In this document: piece by piece, positions 24,521 through 38,632 of the stretch
Numbering within the stretch: the first letter of the stretch is position 1
Layout: every line of letters begins with the position of its first letter
Source of the DNA: Balanoglossus misakiensis
Taxonomy: Eukaryota; Animalia; Hemichordata
DNA: 64,000 nt
Assembly (NCBI GenBank): GCA_040954595.2
Contig: CM082595.2
Span: 3,147,943 to 3,211,942, forward strand
Direction of reading: 5' to 3'
Program-made: the position numbers and the translations under genes
The notes under the pieces: generated by a model
What the model saw: only the letters and a program-made list of their open reading frames with translations
The model's database searches: none
What the model was told of the DNA's origin: nothing

Positions 24521-26680
24521 TCTATGGGGTACAATCTATGTGTTTAAAGAAGGATAAAGAGTGTTTATTATTTACGCAAGATATCACGCTTTGTATCTTG
24601 AGATTCACACGAGCCTAGAATAATTTTACTCTCACTTTTAAGTAAATAAATAAAAGATTTCTATTGTAAGACAAAATTGCACACAGACCATGAACTAATG
24701 GAATGAACATTCTTGTATGTCAGTTATATGTCAATATCTACTCAAAGTATTTACATTATCAACAGGGTTTGTTTACAGTTCCTAAAATGGGCACAATAAC
24801 AGCAGGAGGTATGAACTTCATAAGTTCAGCTTCAGGACAGACCCAGAAAGTGATCATTTGAAAATATTATGTCTGTCAAGCTTAAAAACAGATGTCACGG
24901 TCATGAAAGATATGGTATATGGTAGCCGGCCCCACGCAAACATGGTGGGGCTACCAGGAACCTGTTTTTTTAAAGGCGTGGCATGAAGACCTATGGAACC
25001 TGGGCACCTGCTGGTCACAAATTTTCTGTACACTAATAGGGAGGCATTCCGACACGCATGTATAAGTCGCTTGTGAGCACAGGGGTCGTTAAAAATAAAG
25101 TTATACAATGAGAAGTTCCGATCTAGTTTTTTCCCAATAAACATTACTATACTTGCTGAACAATCTCTGTATCATCAAAACAAGACCTGCAAAAATTCCA
25201 GATTACTTTCCCACTTACAATACAAGCAAGTATTATATATGTGTATATATAATACATTGGCACTGCATGTTTTACAAGCCATATCATGTTTGTCCTGGGG
25301 AAGAAAACCCCACAAACCATGACAACTATATACTGCGTGAAAGTTGGCAAGAGAAATATGTTTGGAAATAGATAGCTGACTGCTTCAAATGAAAGTTATT
25401 TGAATATTGAAGGAAATTGCGAGTTGTCATCAAGAAACATAATGATAGAAACCATGCTCAGAGTATAAAAGTACATGAGTGACGGAACAGTCACGTGAGT
25501 TTGACACATCGCCCTCTAACGACATAATGGTGTTTCCCCTTGTTTGTTTGAATAAGACGTCATGTGCAATGTACTTTTTTAATGAAACTTTGAAGCCCCC
25601 ATCAGTAAAGGCGTCCTGCCACATTATTTTATTCACAGACGTGGATCTTTTCGTGTCATTATTTTTTTCAGATGGTGCGAAATATCATTTCATTGATAGA
25701 ATGATATAACACATTGGGTGAGGTTAAATCTTTACGAGGTGATAACATATTCATGAGATCATAATTGCCATAATAGAGACCTTGCAAGGAATTTTTAAAT
25801 GCATTGGATCAAGAGTACAACATCTGTGTATTACACACGATCTGAACCGTTGTAAGTTTTATTTACAAGTTAATAAAAATTATTAACACCAAACATAATT
25901 TGATGGAGTTAATTCTCACGCGGAACCACATCAGTTGATGAAAAATAATTACTAGTATATACCGATAACACCACAGCATTAGAGGGCACTGGACATTTTT
26001 AATATGTTAGTTAAAATGGTTAATTATATATGCATGCATTGTTTCTAATTGTTCTAGAAATTAGCTAAATGGAAAACGATATAGCAGGGTAGCAGATAAT
26101 TTCCTGTGCATATTTTTTCAGGCTGCCTGAAACGCTCAAATATTTGTTCAAGTTTAATGCTGTTTGTTTTGGTCAGACGCCGACTGAAATTGAACACCAA
26201 TTTTGCCTGAATATCATCTTCATCTTTAGTGCATCTCAAGATCACAAGGATGAAGATGCATGGATAATGAGAAAATATATCTGAGGACCAAGGAATGTTG
26301 CACTTTTATTTCAAATTTTTCGAGATAATAATTTAATTTCAAAATTCATTTCAAGCAAAAAATTCAGAATCATAATTCAAGTTGATCCTGTTCCTATGTT
26401 ATTTTGTCAATGTCAATCAAATAAATTTTATCCCTACAGCCTCTTCAATTATAATATTTGCCTCGGGCGGACTCAGACAGTATGAGGAAACAAATAATGG
26501 TTGCATAATGCATATTAAATCAAGAAATTAGTGTGTGTGAACACAATCAGCATTAATTAGACGCAACTAGTCGCATCTAGACTGGTGATGATACCACTGT
26601 CGTTTCTCCAGCTCTGCTGACGAGTCTCTGATTCGGGACAAGTATCAACTAACAGAACGTTTAGGAGCTCGCAATTTTCC

Positions 26681-29600
26681 ATGTGGAAGCAACGTTTGGC
26701 CGTTAGGATATGTTTGGAGTTGGTTTTGATTGCTAGATACACAAAAGGTAAGAAGGAGAATATTTTAGATGGGTGAAAAATACAACTCTGTTCTTAGTTT
26801 TGCTCATTTTCTCACCAGACATCCATTTTCCCAGAAAAAAAAATACTTTTCTCTTTGTCATGTTTTTGTTCTGATTGGAGAACAAATGGTACCACCCTTG
26901 TGTTGTGGTCACTTTCAGAATTCTGTTTGAGGAATACGATTATGCATATGCATGGTATGAACTATAATCAGACAGCCTTGAATGACTAAATTGTTTATGC
27001 CTGATTGCAGTTGGGTTCAAAATAATTATTGACGTCTTTTAGATAATGTGATCATTTGTTTGGTGAGAGTGCACATACCCTGCAAACAGGCATAATATTT
27101 GTTGTGAGAAATATGTTATATTTTGCGTCTCTGTTTCACTCTACTGAGTTTCAAATTATATTTACAGTTACGTGCACAGATGTGCCCATTGTCGATATAT
27201 GCCAAGGGAACGGAGCTTTGGAGATGGTTAGTCCGGGGAACTCTATCATCGTTCAATCACCGGTCACTTTGGAAAACGACGTAGAATGCGAAGTCACAAT
27301 AACGACCAGCGTCGACGCCGCTCTGACGGTCAACGTCACCAACATTTCGCTACAGTTATCTGACATCCTGGTGTTCTTGGATGCGGGTAACCACACTTTG
27401 GTTTCCATGGCCGCACAGACCGTCGGCAGCTCGTTCAATTTTCAGGTTGCCTGGCTCACGGTGAGACTTCAAACTGACAGCACTTCAACCGACGGCGCCT
27501 TCAGAATTGAAGTGGGATCAAGTACACGCACTGAGTCTTCAAGTACGTATTTCTTTCAAATCAATAAACCACTACAGTTTTTTAAATTTGCACAACGCAT
27601 GTTCGTATTCTCCAGTTTTATTAGTTTTTTTATGCAAAGTAACTACACTCTATATGTGTGTGTGTATTCACAAACGTAAGCACACGTCACTGACAGAACC
27701 ATGTTATGTTGCATTGCAATCCAACGTGGTATGGCTGCCAGGTCACCATTTTATTACGTTTTATACTGTAAAACACTTTATTTTCGCGGGTTGAAATTTC
27801 CGCGATATCAAAGAGGCCACTGTTTCGCGAGTATTAATTTTCGCGTTCTTTTATTTCATTTACTGCATTGTTATCTTCACAAAAAAATTTATGCAACTTT
27901 TTATTTTCACGCTATTTTGGCTCTCGCGTATTTCGCGAAAATTAATTGCTCGCGAAAATAAAGTGTTTTACAGTAAGTAAATTGATATTATCTGACCTAA
28001 TTTTTACTCTTGGTGGCATAGCCTGCAACAGTGAAGATGGTGTCGGCAGACCAGGAAATGATATAAACAACGGACGTGAAAATCTCAAAAGCAATGCTGA
28101 GGAGTGTTGCGAAGACTGCATGCGTAACAGTCTATGCCTTTCGTGGACGTTTCGAAAAGATACCGGGACGTGTTGGTTGAAAAATCCAGTTCCTGACAAA
28201 ACAACGGTTTCTGAGGCTGTCTCGGGAGTTATGGATAGAGCAGGTGAAAATTGACGCGTTTGAACATGCCTAATTAATGAATGTATTATCGCTATTAAAT
28301 AAAACGCCTTCAATATGTTACCGTAGTTACCTAGCTAGAAGTTGTTGTAGGCTTAAGTGTAGTCAATTCTTATAACTGAAAAATCGTATTTTAACCTTGA
28401 GTGCGTACTCCTGCTTGGTAGATAGACATAAACTGTCCCTGAGGCTACTGGCTGTCTGGTAGCTTAATATAGTAACCCATCATCCTTTCGTTCACTGTGT
28501 GTTCAATGTTTGTATTTGCATGTGTCTATTTATGTTTCGTGCTTTTCAGCTCTTTATTTTAAGCATGCATACATGTATATGCTTGATATTTTATTTGCAC
28601 ACAATTCAGTAGCTACTAAGTCAATGATTGTCTTGCTTGAATCAACTGATATTCATTTAAGATCAACAAAGTTTGTCTTTGAGATGGACTTGTTCATCGC
28701 TGTTATTCATCTAGGATTGGAAAATCTTGTGCGGAGACAGCTGTCATTTTTCCCAACAACAAAAAAACTAAATTGTATATTACTCCTGATATTGCAGTAA
28801 CTCAGAGATGGAGGAATGACAGCAGATGTGGGACGGATTACCCACTTGAAAACGGTGATCCGGCAGAGTGTAATCCGGATGCAGAAGAACACTGCTGCTC
28901 ACAGTCTGGATATTGCAGCGGAGAAATTACAGCTTGCAACTGCTCTGGATGTGTTGACTACTCGGGTAGGTATTACTGGTATGCTCGTTAACAACGCAAC
29001 AAAAGAGTAATTAACAGCTATATATCAGGGCGTATGTTGAAATTCACGGTTCACAGAATCAGAACTGTTCCACATATTTTACATACAAGCCAAAAAGTAA
29101 TTGAAACAGTAAAACCAAATCGAAATGTAATTGGCCAAAGGTGATGGAAAGCTTAAATTCTCCAGGGAAGATCCGGCCAAGATAGACCATTGTTTGATTG
29201 GCAATTAATTTGCCTCTATTATAAATTACACTTTCCTAATGCCTTCCATCAGCACAGCAATAATTTATTAATGCTTTAAGCTTTACCATGGATAATTATA
29301 AATGTTCTGTCATTTCTTATTGGAAGTTTTATCAGATATCCAAAGTGGGAGCGGAGGTAAGAACGAAATTCAGTCACATGTAAAGAAATAACACAAAAAT
29401 GAAACCAGCTGTAACATACTTTTATCAGCGCTTTCATGCTTGTTTGGTAAAAGGTGTAATTGATTGTCAAACTATTTGCACTGGGTCAAATGAATCACAT
29501 GCACATTGTATCTGGGGGACTGACGCATGATTAGCAAGTGACTTTGTATGGTTAAAATATAAACTTTCTATAGGTTTAATTGCAGGTGTATACACATGTC

Positions 29601-32600
29601 CAATTTTCGCATGCAACTTTCAGACCACATTGCGCATGTCCACTGTTTCAGGTGCCATTTTACAGCATCGTTACAACCAAATCCAAAAGCCGTGATGATC
29701 GTTGCACTACTGAGCGAGATCTCGCGAGAGACTGTAGTCACGGTGATGCCTGCATCCATTGCATGCATGGAAACCACGTCAATCACCGACTTGCACTCTT
29801 ACACTATCCATGTTCACCAACGCCTTCAATGAATTATGAGTAATTGTGTATCACAGGATCAGAAAATGAAAGACAACCTCTGATCACAGATTTTTAAAAA
29901 GCAAAATCGTTTTCCGAGACAAAAGTTCTACCAATTCTTTTCAAAGAGAATCAGAACAAGATCCTATGTCTCATTATTATAATGTCTTATTATTTTAACC
30001 ATGCCTCATGAGATTTCGTTTTTGATGAATGCTGTCATCCAAATCAATACCACACTTCCTTTAATCCTACATTAATATTTTTTAACTCTAATTTCAATTA
30101 CCAGAGCCAACGTCCGACAGTGAATATGACACAGAAGGTAAGTACTGCAGCACATTAAGACAATATTTACATAAACATAGACTCTTTACTGCTTTTTATC
30201 ACAAGTGCTTTTTCTGATTGTTCATTTCCCCCGTATACGCGTCGTTGGACCCTATGAACCACACACTCAATCACTGTCATGGCTAATGTTCAGATAGTCA
30301 ACAAGACCATCAATCAAAACCTTTTCATTAGACAAATACGCCTTTTATGACTATAACCACACACACCTACAATGGTGTTTTTGTGAGAGAGGGAGACACA
30401 CACACATATTATATGTGTCTGTGTGTGTCTCCCTATTACTCTTTCCCTTCGTGCTCACTAGACCATTTCGATAACCAGTATTTTCTTCCGTTGAAGCTGA
30501 CGTCTCTTGTGAACTGGATTCTTACTACTGGTTGGAATCAGGTAGTGCAATGACACTAGAAACGCCAAGCTACGACAGTAACGATTACCAGGATGGGTCG
30601 CTTACCTGTAAACATTCCATAACCACCCAATCAGAGAACGCGTTACAGCTGACGTTCGGAAGATGCAACTTTTCCTCTTCGTCGTCGTACTTGGTGATAC
30701 GGACCCAGACTGCCACTGTGCTGACGTATGTTTGGTCGGTGAAAGCAAACGCTGTGATGTTGATGGCAGAGTCGGAATTGGATTTCACTTTTGTTCTGTC
30801 GTCAGAGAACAGTGAACCTCCTGGGGACTGCCAGTTCATTGTCACATCAGGTAGATGTTTCAATTCATTTCGCGAGCTCAAACTTTCTTCCAGATGACGA
30901 CAATGCAAGAACAGGATCCCGTAATATCTGCAATAAAGAAATGCAAAGATGTTTTTTAAGCCTGATAAACAGTGCTAGCTATAAACATAATTACTTCATC
31001 TATTAACAATGTTTCTAAAAATATTCATTCTCCTAACAACAGCAACACGTACGAGTCAGCAGATGTTCACATCCACCGATTTGTACCTGTCGACGGCCTC
31101 GATGAAGACTGACATTGAAGATATAAGTGAAGACCTACATGGTGCCATCGACCCATGTATTGAGATGGAGTGTACAATGGAAGAAGTTACTGAAGTTATA
31201 GAGGTAAATGGTATATGGTTTGCTCTGTTAAAAGAGCACTAGCCACATATTTTAGCAGTAAGCACTTTTTAATTTGCAAGGATATTTCCTGATCTTACTG
31301 TTACTTGAGTTTGTACCACTCTTTTTGATGATGTTATGCCGATTGCAATTCTTTAATTGATCCTATCATACCAGAAGACCCCAAGTTAAAGTTAACCAGT
31401 TCTTATCTCTCCCCTTCAGAATGTTGCTGAAGTGGTTGAAAGTAACATGATTCAGGTAAAAAGATCAAATTCTCTATTGATTAATGTCAATTCTAACTAA
31501 ACTTCTGTAAAATGTTTTGCCACCATGGTACATTTTATGATGGAATAAAATTCGCAAGCCAAAACAGTTTAAAGTTCATTGATATGTCTTTACAGCAAAA
31601 TCCTCAGGATGTTTTCGTTGCCATGGAAGACTTTTTGGTCGTCATGGCTACCATCATACCTCCGGGAGAAAGAGTCACAGTTAGTAACAAGGCCGCGGGT
31701 AAGTATCAACTTAAAGACACTGTGAATTCCCCTGGGAAATACATTCTGTGGAAACTATAGTGATAAGAAACTTGCCTTGCATGGAATTCACCATATTCTG
31801 TCGGACTTTCTCTGGTTTCTTGCAGAGATTGTCTTGGAATCGTTTGCAGACAATATAACAGAGGGACTGTGGTCATTTCAGTATGGTTCAAAAGGTGGCA
31901 ATGGAACAACTGAAAATAATTCAACGGCTATTATGCTGGAAATTCCTGATATTTCCACGCATCCAAGTTTTCCTTGCAACAACGGTAATTGCAATTAAAA
32001 TCCTTTAGAATAAATTTAAATTTTTATACCAACAACTTATGAAAGATATTTTTTTTTTAATTATACTTTATGATAATGTCCAAGGAAATTTTTCTGCTGG
32101 AGAGATGATGTTTTAGGTCCTCGAGGGAACTGGATATTATTTGTTTTGTCCATTGTTTTATTTCAGAGTCGCACTTAACCGCCACAGCCATCTTTTACAG
32201 TAGACACAAAGTCACATCTGATGAATCGGATGAAGATTTGGAAAATGACCAAAGTGGTATTCCAGATGACATTCATAGTGGTGTCATTTCTGCCTCAATG
32301 ATTTATTGTGGGTACGAGATGAGTACTCCAGTAACGTACTCCCTCAAAGTCGAGGTAAGTTTTACAAAATATTGTTTGTTTTAAAATACTTTCTTTTAGT
32401 AAAATGTTCTGCCTTGCAAACTACAAGCAGATGAAATCCAAATTTGGAAACTTGCCACAGTTTTCAAAGAAGAACTGGTTGCCCGCTTTGATTATGGTCC
32501 CTCCCACGATCAGATTTCTAGATGCATAATTTCTACTAAGTTTTTTTTCTTTCATAAACATTCAACTTAGGATTCTCACGAAGACAGCGATGAAGAACCA

Positions 32601-35600
32601 GTTTGTGTCTACCTGGATATTCCTGACAATAAGTAAGTGATAGCTGTATCTTTGGTATTGTATCACCTTACTGATGTGTACACTTTGTAAAATTAAAAGG
32701 TTTTCTTCACTCTTTGGCTTTGCCCAGAGATACAATCTCTGGTTCTCTATTAATTCTTAAAAATAAATATTTACATAGTCAATGTTGGTCAATTAATTTC
32801 CATCAGCATATTTGTCAAGTAAATCAAGTTATTTATAGACTATTAAGCTAACAAGCGACACCAGCTTTTGTCACGCAATGTATAGCATATTTCAATTTAA
32901 TATTGTAGATCGACCTATCCATGACAGTTTATTATGAAAATATTGAGGAACAATTGTTCTGTGATGTCACTTTCTTTATGAAAGTGACATCTTTTTCAAA
33001 GTAAATTTATATCATATGCGTCTTATTGTATTCTTAGAGAAGCAAAATGGCGTACCACTGGATGTCAGCTGGTCAGTAAACACGCACCGGTCATTGAATG
33101 CCACTGTAATCACACTACAAACTTCGCTGTCATGTTGCAAGTTGTCTCATTTGAGGTAAAGTACAAAAATAATTGATTTTAAAGTTTTTCTACTCCAAAT
33201 AACCGACTTTTCACACTGTTGAACTTGTTAATTAACCATTACGGTGACAATGTTATATTTTGGGAGTCATATACACAATCTGGGATTTTACTGATGTTTG
33301 AAACAGGAATTGTTTTAATATGCATGTTTCTAATGTCAAATATTTGGATGGACATTTTCGAGATCAAATATTTACCCTACATTTATCGATTATGTACAGA
33401 TTGACTCAAGGCATGGCATGGTTCTGTCCTACATTGGTTATATCGGTGGTGTCACATCTGTGATTTGCTTGATTATTGGACTGATTACCTATGCTAGACT
33501 CAGGTACAGGCAAATTAATCACTGGCTTAATTAGCATGTTAATACCATCTCATCTGCTGAGCTATGGATCTATACACTATGAATATATTTATGGTATTGT
33601 GTGTATGATACTGTGGTAATATCAGATCAGTATGCAGCATTCCATTTTATTTTTCTGATTTCTGTTTCCTCTCTGGAATTTTTTCAGGTCTCTTTTACAA
33701 TCAGAGCGAGTAGCGATCCATCAAAACCTAATGGTTTCGATCTTAATGGTTCAACTCATTCTTTTGTTTACCGAGATATTGGACGAAGAACGGGTAAGCT
33801 GAGAAAACTTGCAGTTATTCTGATTTTACCACAAAAGAACAACCCTTATTTTTATCTTGATGTCCAGATCACGTTAATATCAAACAATCTGAAACGACTT
33901 ATCCTATTCAAATGAGCGACCACCTGATGTAGATTAGTCTTGGCTGTTTCACTCGAAACGTCGCCAGATTTCAAACGAATTATTTTTCATTTGCAGTGGT
34001 ATTGTATGTCAGTTGCTGTGGCACTCCACTACTTTACCACAGCCATGTTTTTCTGGATGTTAATGGAAGGTGTCCAACTCTATCGCCAAATCGTCAAAGT
34101 ATTCGGAAGTGAAAAGAGCTGGTTTCTATTCTACTGCATCATATCCTGGGGTAATGTCTGCTCAAAAGATTGCGTTTTCTTTCAAATTACAAACTTATTC
34201 ACTTTGACGTTTTGTTGTACATGTACATTGTTTTCTATGGTGCACCTAGACCTCTATAGAAGGAACTGGGGTGAAAGGGTTAAATACACAGGTAAAGGCT
34301 TTTAATTAAACCATGATTTATGACTACAATATTACTGTATTCTAGGTGTGCCTGTCATTATTGTAACAGCTAGTGCAGCGACCGTGAAACAAGAATATGT
34401 CTCCTACAAAAGGTAACTATAACAGAAGCAATTTCCCCAGAGAGATATGTAACTAAAGAAGCATAGCAATACAATTTTGGTTTCAATGACATGAACAGAT
34501 CGCCGTGAATTCATCACCAAACCAATTATCATGAATGATTCAAGAATGCTATTGGTATTCGTTTTCAGTTGTTGGCTTTCGGCGAAAAATGGCATCATTT
34601 GGGTGTTTGGAGGTACAGTCATTGCTGTTACCATGGTGAGTGTAAGAGGACAGTCATTGCAACCATGGATACAGATGAAGAAGAGAAATTAGCATGCACA
34701 AATTTATATAGTTGACAAACTCTTAAACACTGGATAAAGTTTGCGTTCTGCATGAGATTATGACCTCACAGGGTTTGGAGAAACTTAGACACAGAATCTG
34801 GACATGGAAAGCACTGACCATACATGGAACTGACCCCTTGTTGTTCATATTTGATCATTCAAGTGTAAAAAACACAGAAAATATAAATAACTCTCACTAG
34901 ACTAGTGAATCAAGTAAAGACCATGCATGAACATTGATTCTATTCATTGTACAGATCAACCTGATTATATTGCTACTGGTCGCTCGGATTGTTTACAAAG
35001 CATCTAAAGCTAACGGCAAAATCACAGATGCAGTAAAGTAAGTTCTTTCTATGGTTTTGTTTCAAATCTGAATGTCTTAATTCTAATATATGACAGTGAT
35101 CTGTTTTTAATGCTAGGCCAAGCAAAACATGTATGGTGTCTTATTATATAGCAAGGAAAGGATCATGGATGCCTTCAAATTACCGGTATATCGCGCCAGG
35201 AGTTTAAAATCTACAGAAAAAATTCGGCCTAGTTACTCTATTTTAATCATATATGAAATGATGCAAACTTTAAGAGCATTTATAGATTATTAATAAGAAT
35301 TAAAGTATAACTAAATGTTGATTAAGATAATTTGTTTTCTTCTTGCAGGAGTAGTTTGAAGAGCGCCTTTTTACTTTTGCCACTACTTGGTATCACATGG
35401 CTGGTTGGTTTCTTTGGCGTCAGTAACGACACTATAATCTTCTCTTACATTTTTACAATTTTCAATTCATTGCAGGTGAGAAAAAGTCATACATGACACC
35501 CTCTTGATTGAATTTATTAATTCAGTATCCATCCCCGCTGTTCTGTGGGAGGCGAATGGATCATTAATATCTCTCACATTTCTGTCGTTTTTTTCTACAA

Positions 35601-36285
35601 GTCTTTGCAAAGTTTCCTTCTCAGATCTAACTGTTCTCTCTCTTTTAAATTTATTTCATTTCAGGGTTTCTTCTTATTCTTTTCATACATTGCAGTAAAT
35701 TCAGAGGCAAGTGACTAATTTATTTTCAACTTTTTGTCAACATTTTTGTTCTGAGTGTCAACCTTGGCAACAATGGCCTAAAAACAACAAATATACTGTT
35801 CTAACTTTATTTGTTACATAGGTGCGTTCTGCATACCGGAGGATGATAGAAATTAGGGCGGCAGAGACGACAGAGCTGACGTTTTCAGTAAGTACACTGT
35901 TGTTTATCAAGGTTATTTCAGAATCATCAAAACGAGACGGTTATATCCAGAATAGGACAAGACAGATGTAGATGAGAAGCTATTGAAATAGACAGTACTC
36001 CTATATGAGACTAGCGCCCTCAAGAGGTAGAGTTTGCAATAACTTTATAAAGTATCCGGAAGTTACTGAGGATAGTTCTGGTGGACATATTTCCTCCATC
36101 ATGAGTGATCCATACAACCCAAGAAGCTATTTCAATGTAACTTGATTGAAGAACAAACCTTGCATAGACCCAACTCATGTTGTGAACCTGATATATTTGT
36201 ATTTCTCTTGCAGTCATCTGGCAATAGTGGGAAAAGCATCTCAAGACAGACGACAAGAAGAATTACAATGGAGAGCAAGACCTGA
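26681..36285 (+). CDS. Adhesion GPCR: signal peptide, CUB-like, PAN/Apple, hevein/ChtBD1-like, CUB-like, GAIN/GPS, 7TM; ~23 coding exons (26681-26747, 27168-27542, 28022-28243, 28798-28965, 30105-30137, 30497-30850, ~31043-31203, ~31420-31455, ~31596-31698, ~31826-31984, ~32167-32354, ~32571-32632, 33038-33155, 33400-33503, 33688-33793, 33997-34150, 34346-34412, 34569-34635, 34955-35037, 35350-35475, 35665-35706, 35822-35887, 36214-36285)
   Basis: GPS: CVYLD...WRTTGCQLVSKHAPVIECHCNHTTNFAVML; TM3: CMSVAVALHYFTTAMFFWMLMEGVQLY; CWLSAKNGIIWVFGG; LLPLLGITWLVG; FNSLQGFFLFFSYIAVNSEVR. Start exon inferred from a phase match and signal-peptide-like sequence. Confidence 0.85.
27766..27973. mobile_element. 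~208-bp MITE with ~23-bp TIRs and TA TSD (Tc1/mariner-like)
   Basis: ta|ctgtaaaacactttattttcgcg ... cgcgaaaataaagtgttttacag|ta; internal ttttcgcg repeats. Confidence 0.88.
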
Positions 36286-37096
36286 TTTTTATAGACACTA
36301 TATTAAACAAGGAAGTAGAAATTCACTAAAAATGCATAGACAGGAAGGTCCTGTGTGAAATAGACTGAATTTTACTTTCAATGTAAATAGATATGCACTT
36401 TCTCTTTACTTTTCTTTGGTAATAAAGTGGTCAACAATTTTACTGTCTGAAAGTATGGATTACAATTAAATTTACAACATAGTTTTAAGTCTAAATGTTA
36501 CCATGGAAGTTTATTTTTAGAAACTGGGTCAGAACTCAAAACTTTGCGACGCAAGTTACACGCGGATATGATACATTTTGAACGCGCGCTGATGCTGCGT
36601 CACCAGGGACGCGCGCAAAGTGATATTGCTTCCTGAATTACGCTGTATAATAAAATAATATTAACAGCTGTCTACTACTATTCCCAAGTTGTTCCTATTC
36701 TGTTTCGTGAGAAAATCGTCCCTTATTTAAAATCGTTTACTTACTGAAAAGATGTGGGGAATGTTATGAATAATTTCATAGATTTGATTAGTTGCGACTG
36801 AATCGCCTTTCGCGTGTGACGCACTGAAACCAGGAACATACACACGCACAGTGACCTGATTGACCCCGTCTGAGTAATCCCTTTCACAGCGCTTTTTATC
36901 AAAATGGGGAAGTTGCAGTCCGCATTCGAAATAAAACTACTTCCCCATCTAGATTAGGTCCACGACACGATATGTTTCCGGGCTGGTTGTCCATTCTGTC
37001 GATGTCATCAGCAGTCAACGGTGCCTTGTGTCAAGTTGTGCGCTCGTCGTACCTAGTAGACGTTCAAAACCCGACGATCGCTACCGCTGACTGAGG

Positions 37097-38632
37097 ATGG
37101 AGAAAGGAGATCGCTTCGCCGCTAGTCGCGAGTATTTCAAAGCCTACGTCAGAATCAAAACCTCAGTTCTTGTTGGATTGGTGTTGACTGTTTTGATTTT
37201 CATCAGCCTTTCCTGCGACACATACTCCATAAACTGGGTCACCGTGGGCAACTGGTCGGAAGACGGCGCCGAAGTGATCATTGTCGGTTTATGGCAAACT
37301 TGTGCGAATGATCACGGTAAAAACGGGGCCTGGAGAATCTGTCTGCGATTCTCTGAAGTTCCCGGTAAGCCTATCTGGTTTCCTTTATAGACATGATCTC
37401 ATTGTATCTTCCAATATACGCGAAAAACAACCAAACGACGTGTTTAAGTACGACGAGATATATTAAGTGCGACAGAAAGTGAAGTGTAACACAATACATT
37501 AGCGGGAAGAAGGAAATACTCGCACGTTTGGAAAACAAATTTTACGGCATTTCACCCCCGTTTTTCCTTCGTTTTTTAAATATTTACTTCCTCAATTTGT
37601 TCTGACTAACGTTGGTACCCATATTCACATTATTTCGGGTTTTTGTGTGTGTTTTTTTACATGTAGTGTTCGTCAATGTGTGTCGTGCGTTAATGATAAT
37701 TGCCTGCATTACCTGTCTGGTGGCTTTCGTCTGCATCGTGGTCGGTCTGAAGAAGGATTCCATGCTGTTACGTCTTGCCGGAGTGTTCCTTTGTCTTTCC
37801 GGTAGGTCCTTCTTGAGTTTTAATCCCATTTGGCACAAAAAGATCCAGTTTCTTCCGTATAATCCATCACAAAAGTTGTAAACACAAATGCACGTGGTCC
37901 ACTTCGCGTCGTCAGCTAGGAGTCTACCCACAATGCTCTTCAAACACCACCACTTCCGCCTGATGGACGTATGGGGCCCGAAGATCAATTTAGTTTTAAT
38001 TTTCAGCTATTAAAGTCCCTGAAAAACTCTTATTTGCTACACACGGACCATGGTGTCTTCGCTGAAAACATGGAAAATGTTGACCAATATAGGGAGCTCT
38101 AATAAATTTACAAATGAAATTGCCAAACAGCTTGTGGCCCATAGATGCTTGTGTTGACTTTCATCAATGTCACATGTAGCTATAGTTACCATGATCGATC
38201 TGATGTCTTTCATGACAGCAAATAAATCGTAAAAATCATCAAAATCTTCATAAAAAGCATGAGAACTTGGATGTGGAGATAGACAGAAACACAATGCATA
38301 CAAGAGTATTCCTACAGTCATGTGGTTATAGTCAAGGGACTTTCATAACCTGGCCTTATCTACCTATTTTTGCAGGTCTATTTGCAGCAGCTGCTGTGAT
38401 AATCTTCCCCATAGCATTTCCCACGTACTGGAAGAAAAACTTTGAAGATCTCGTCTCGGATCCAGAAAAACGACACATGCGTGTTGGATATGGGATCATC
38501 AGCACATCCGTGACTGCCATACTGTGCTGGGTCACCGCACTCTTGGTTGCCATCCCGAGCAAGAAACCCAGACATCACACTGTGAAAATGCTCTCACCAG
38601 AATCTCAAAGTCTGCTGTATCAGAAGTACTGA
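37097..38632 (+). CDS. Claudin/PMP22/EMP-superfamily four-transmembrane protein; exons 37097-37364, 37667-37801, 38376-38632
   Basis: W...GLWQTC...C first-loop signature, RALMIIAC TM2, four hydrophobic segments, G-Y-G before TM4; phase-1 introns join in frame. Confidence 0.85.

Noticed and set aside
29573-29843. Cys-rich ORFs as an additional GPCR domain exon or a selenocysteine read-through
   Set aside because: The phase-1 frame hits TGA TGA; other frames are phase-incompatible and end in stops; no SECIS seen
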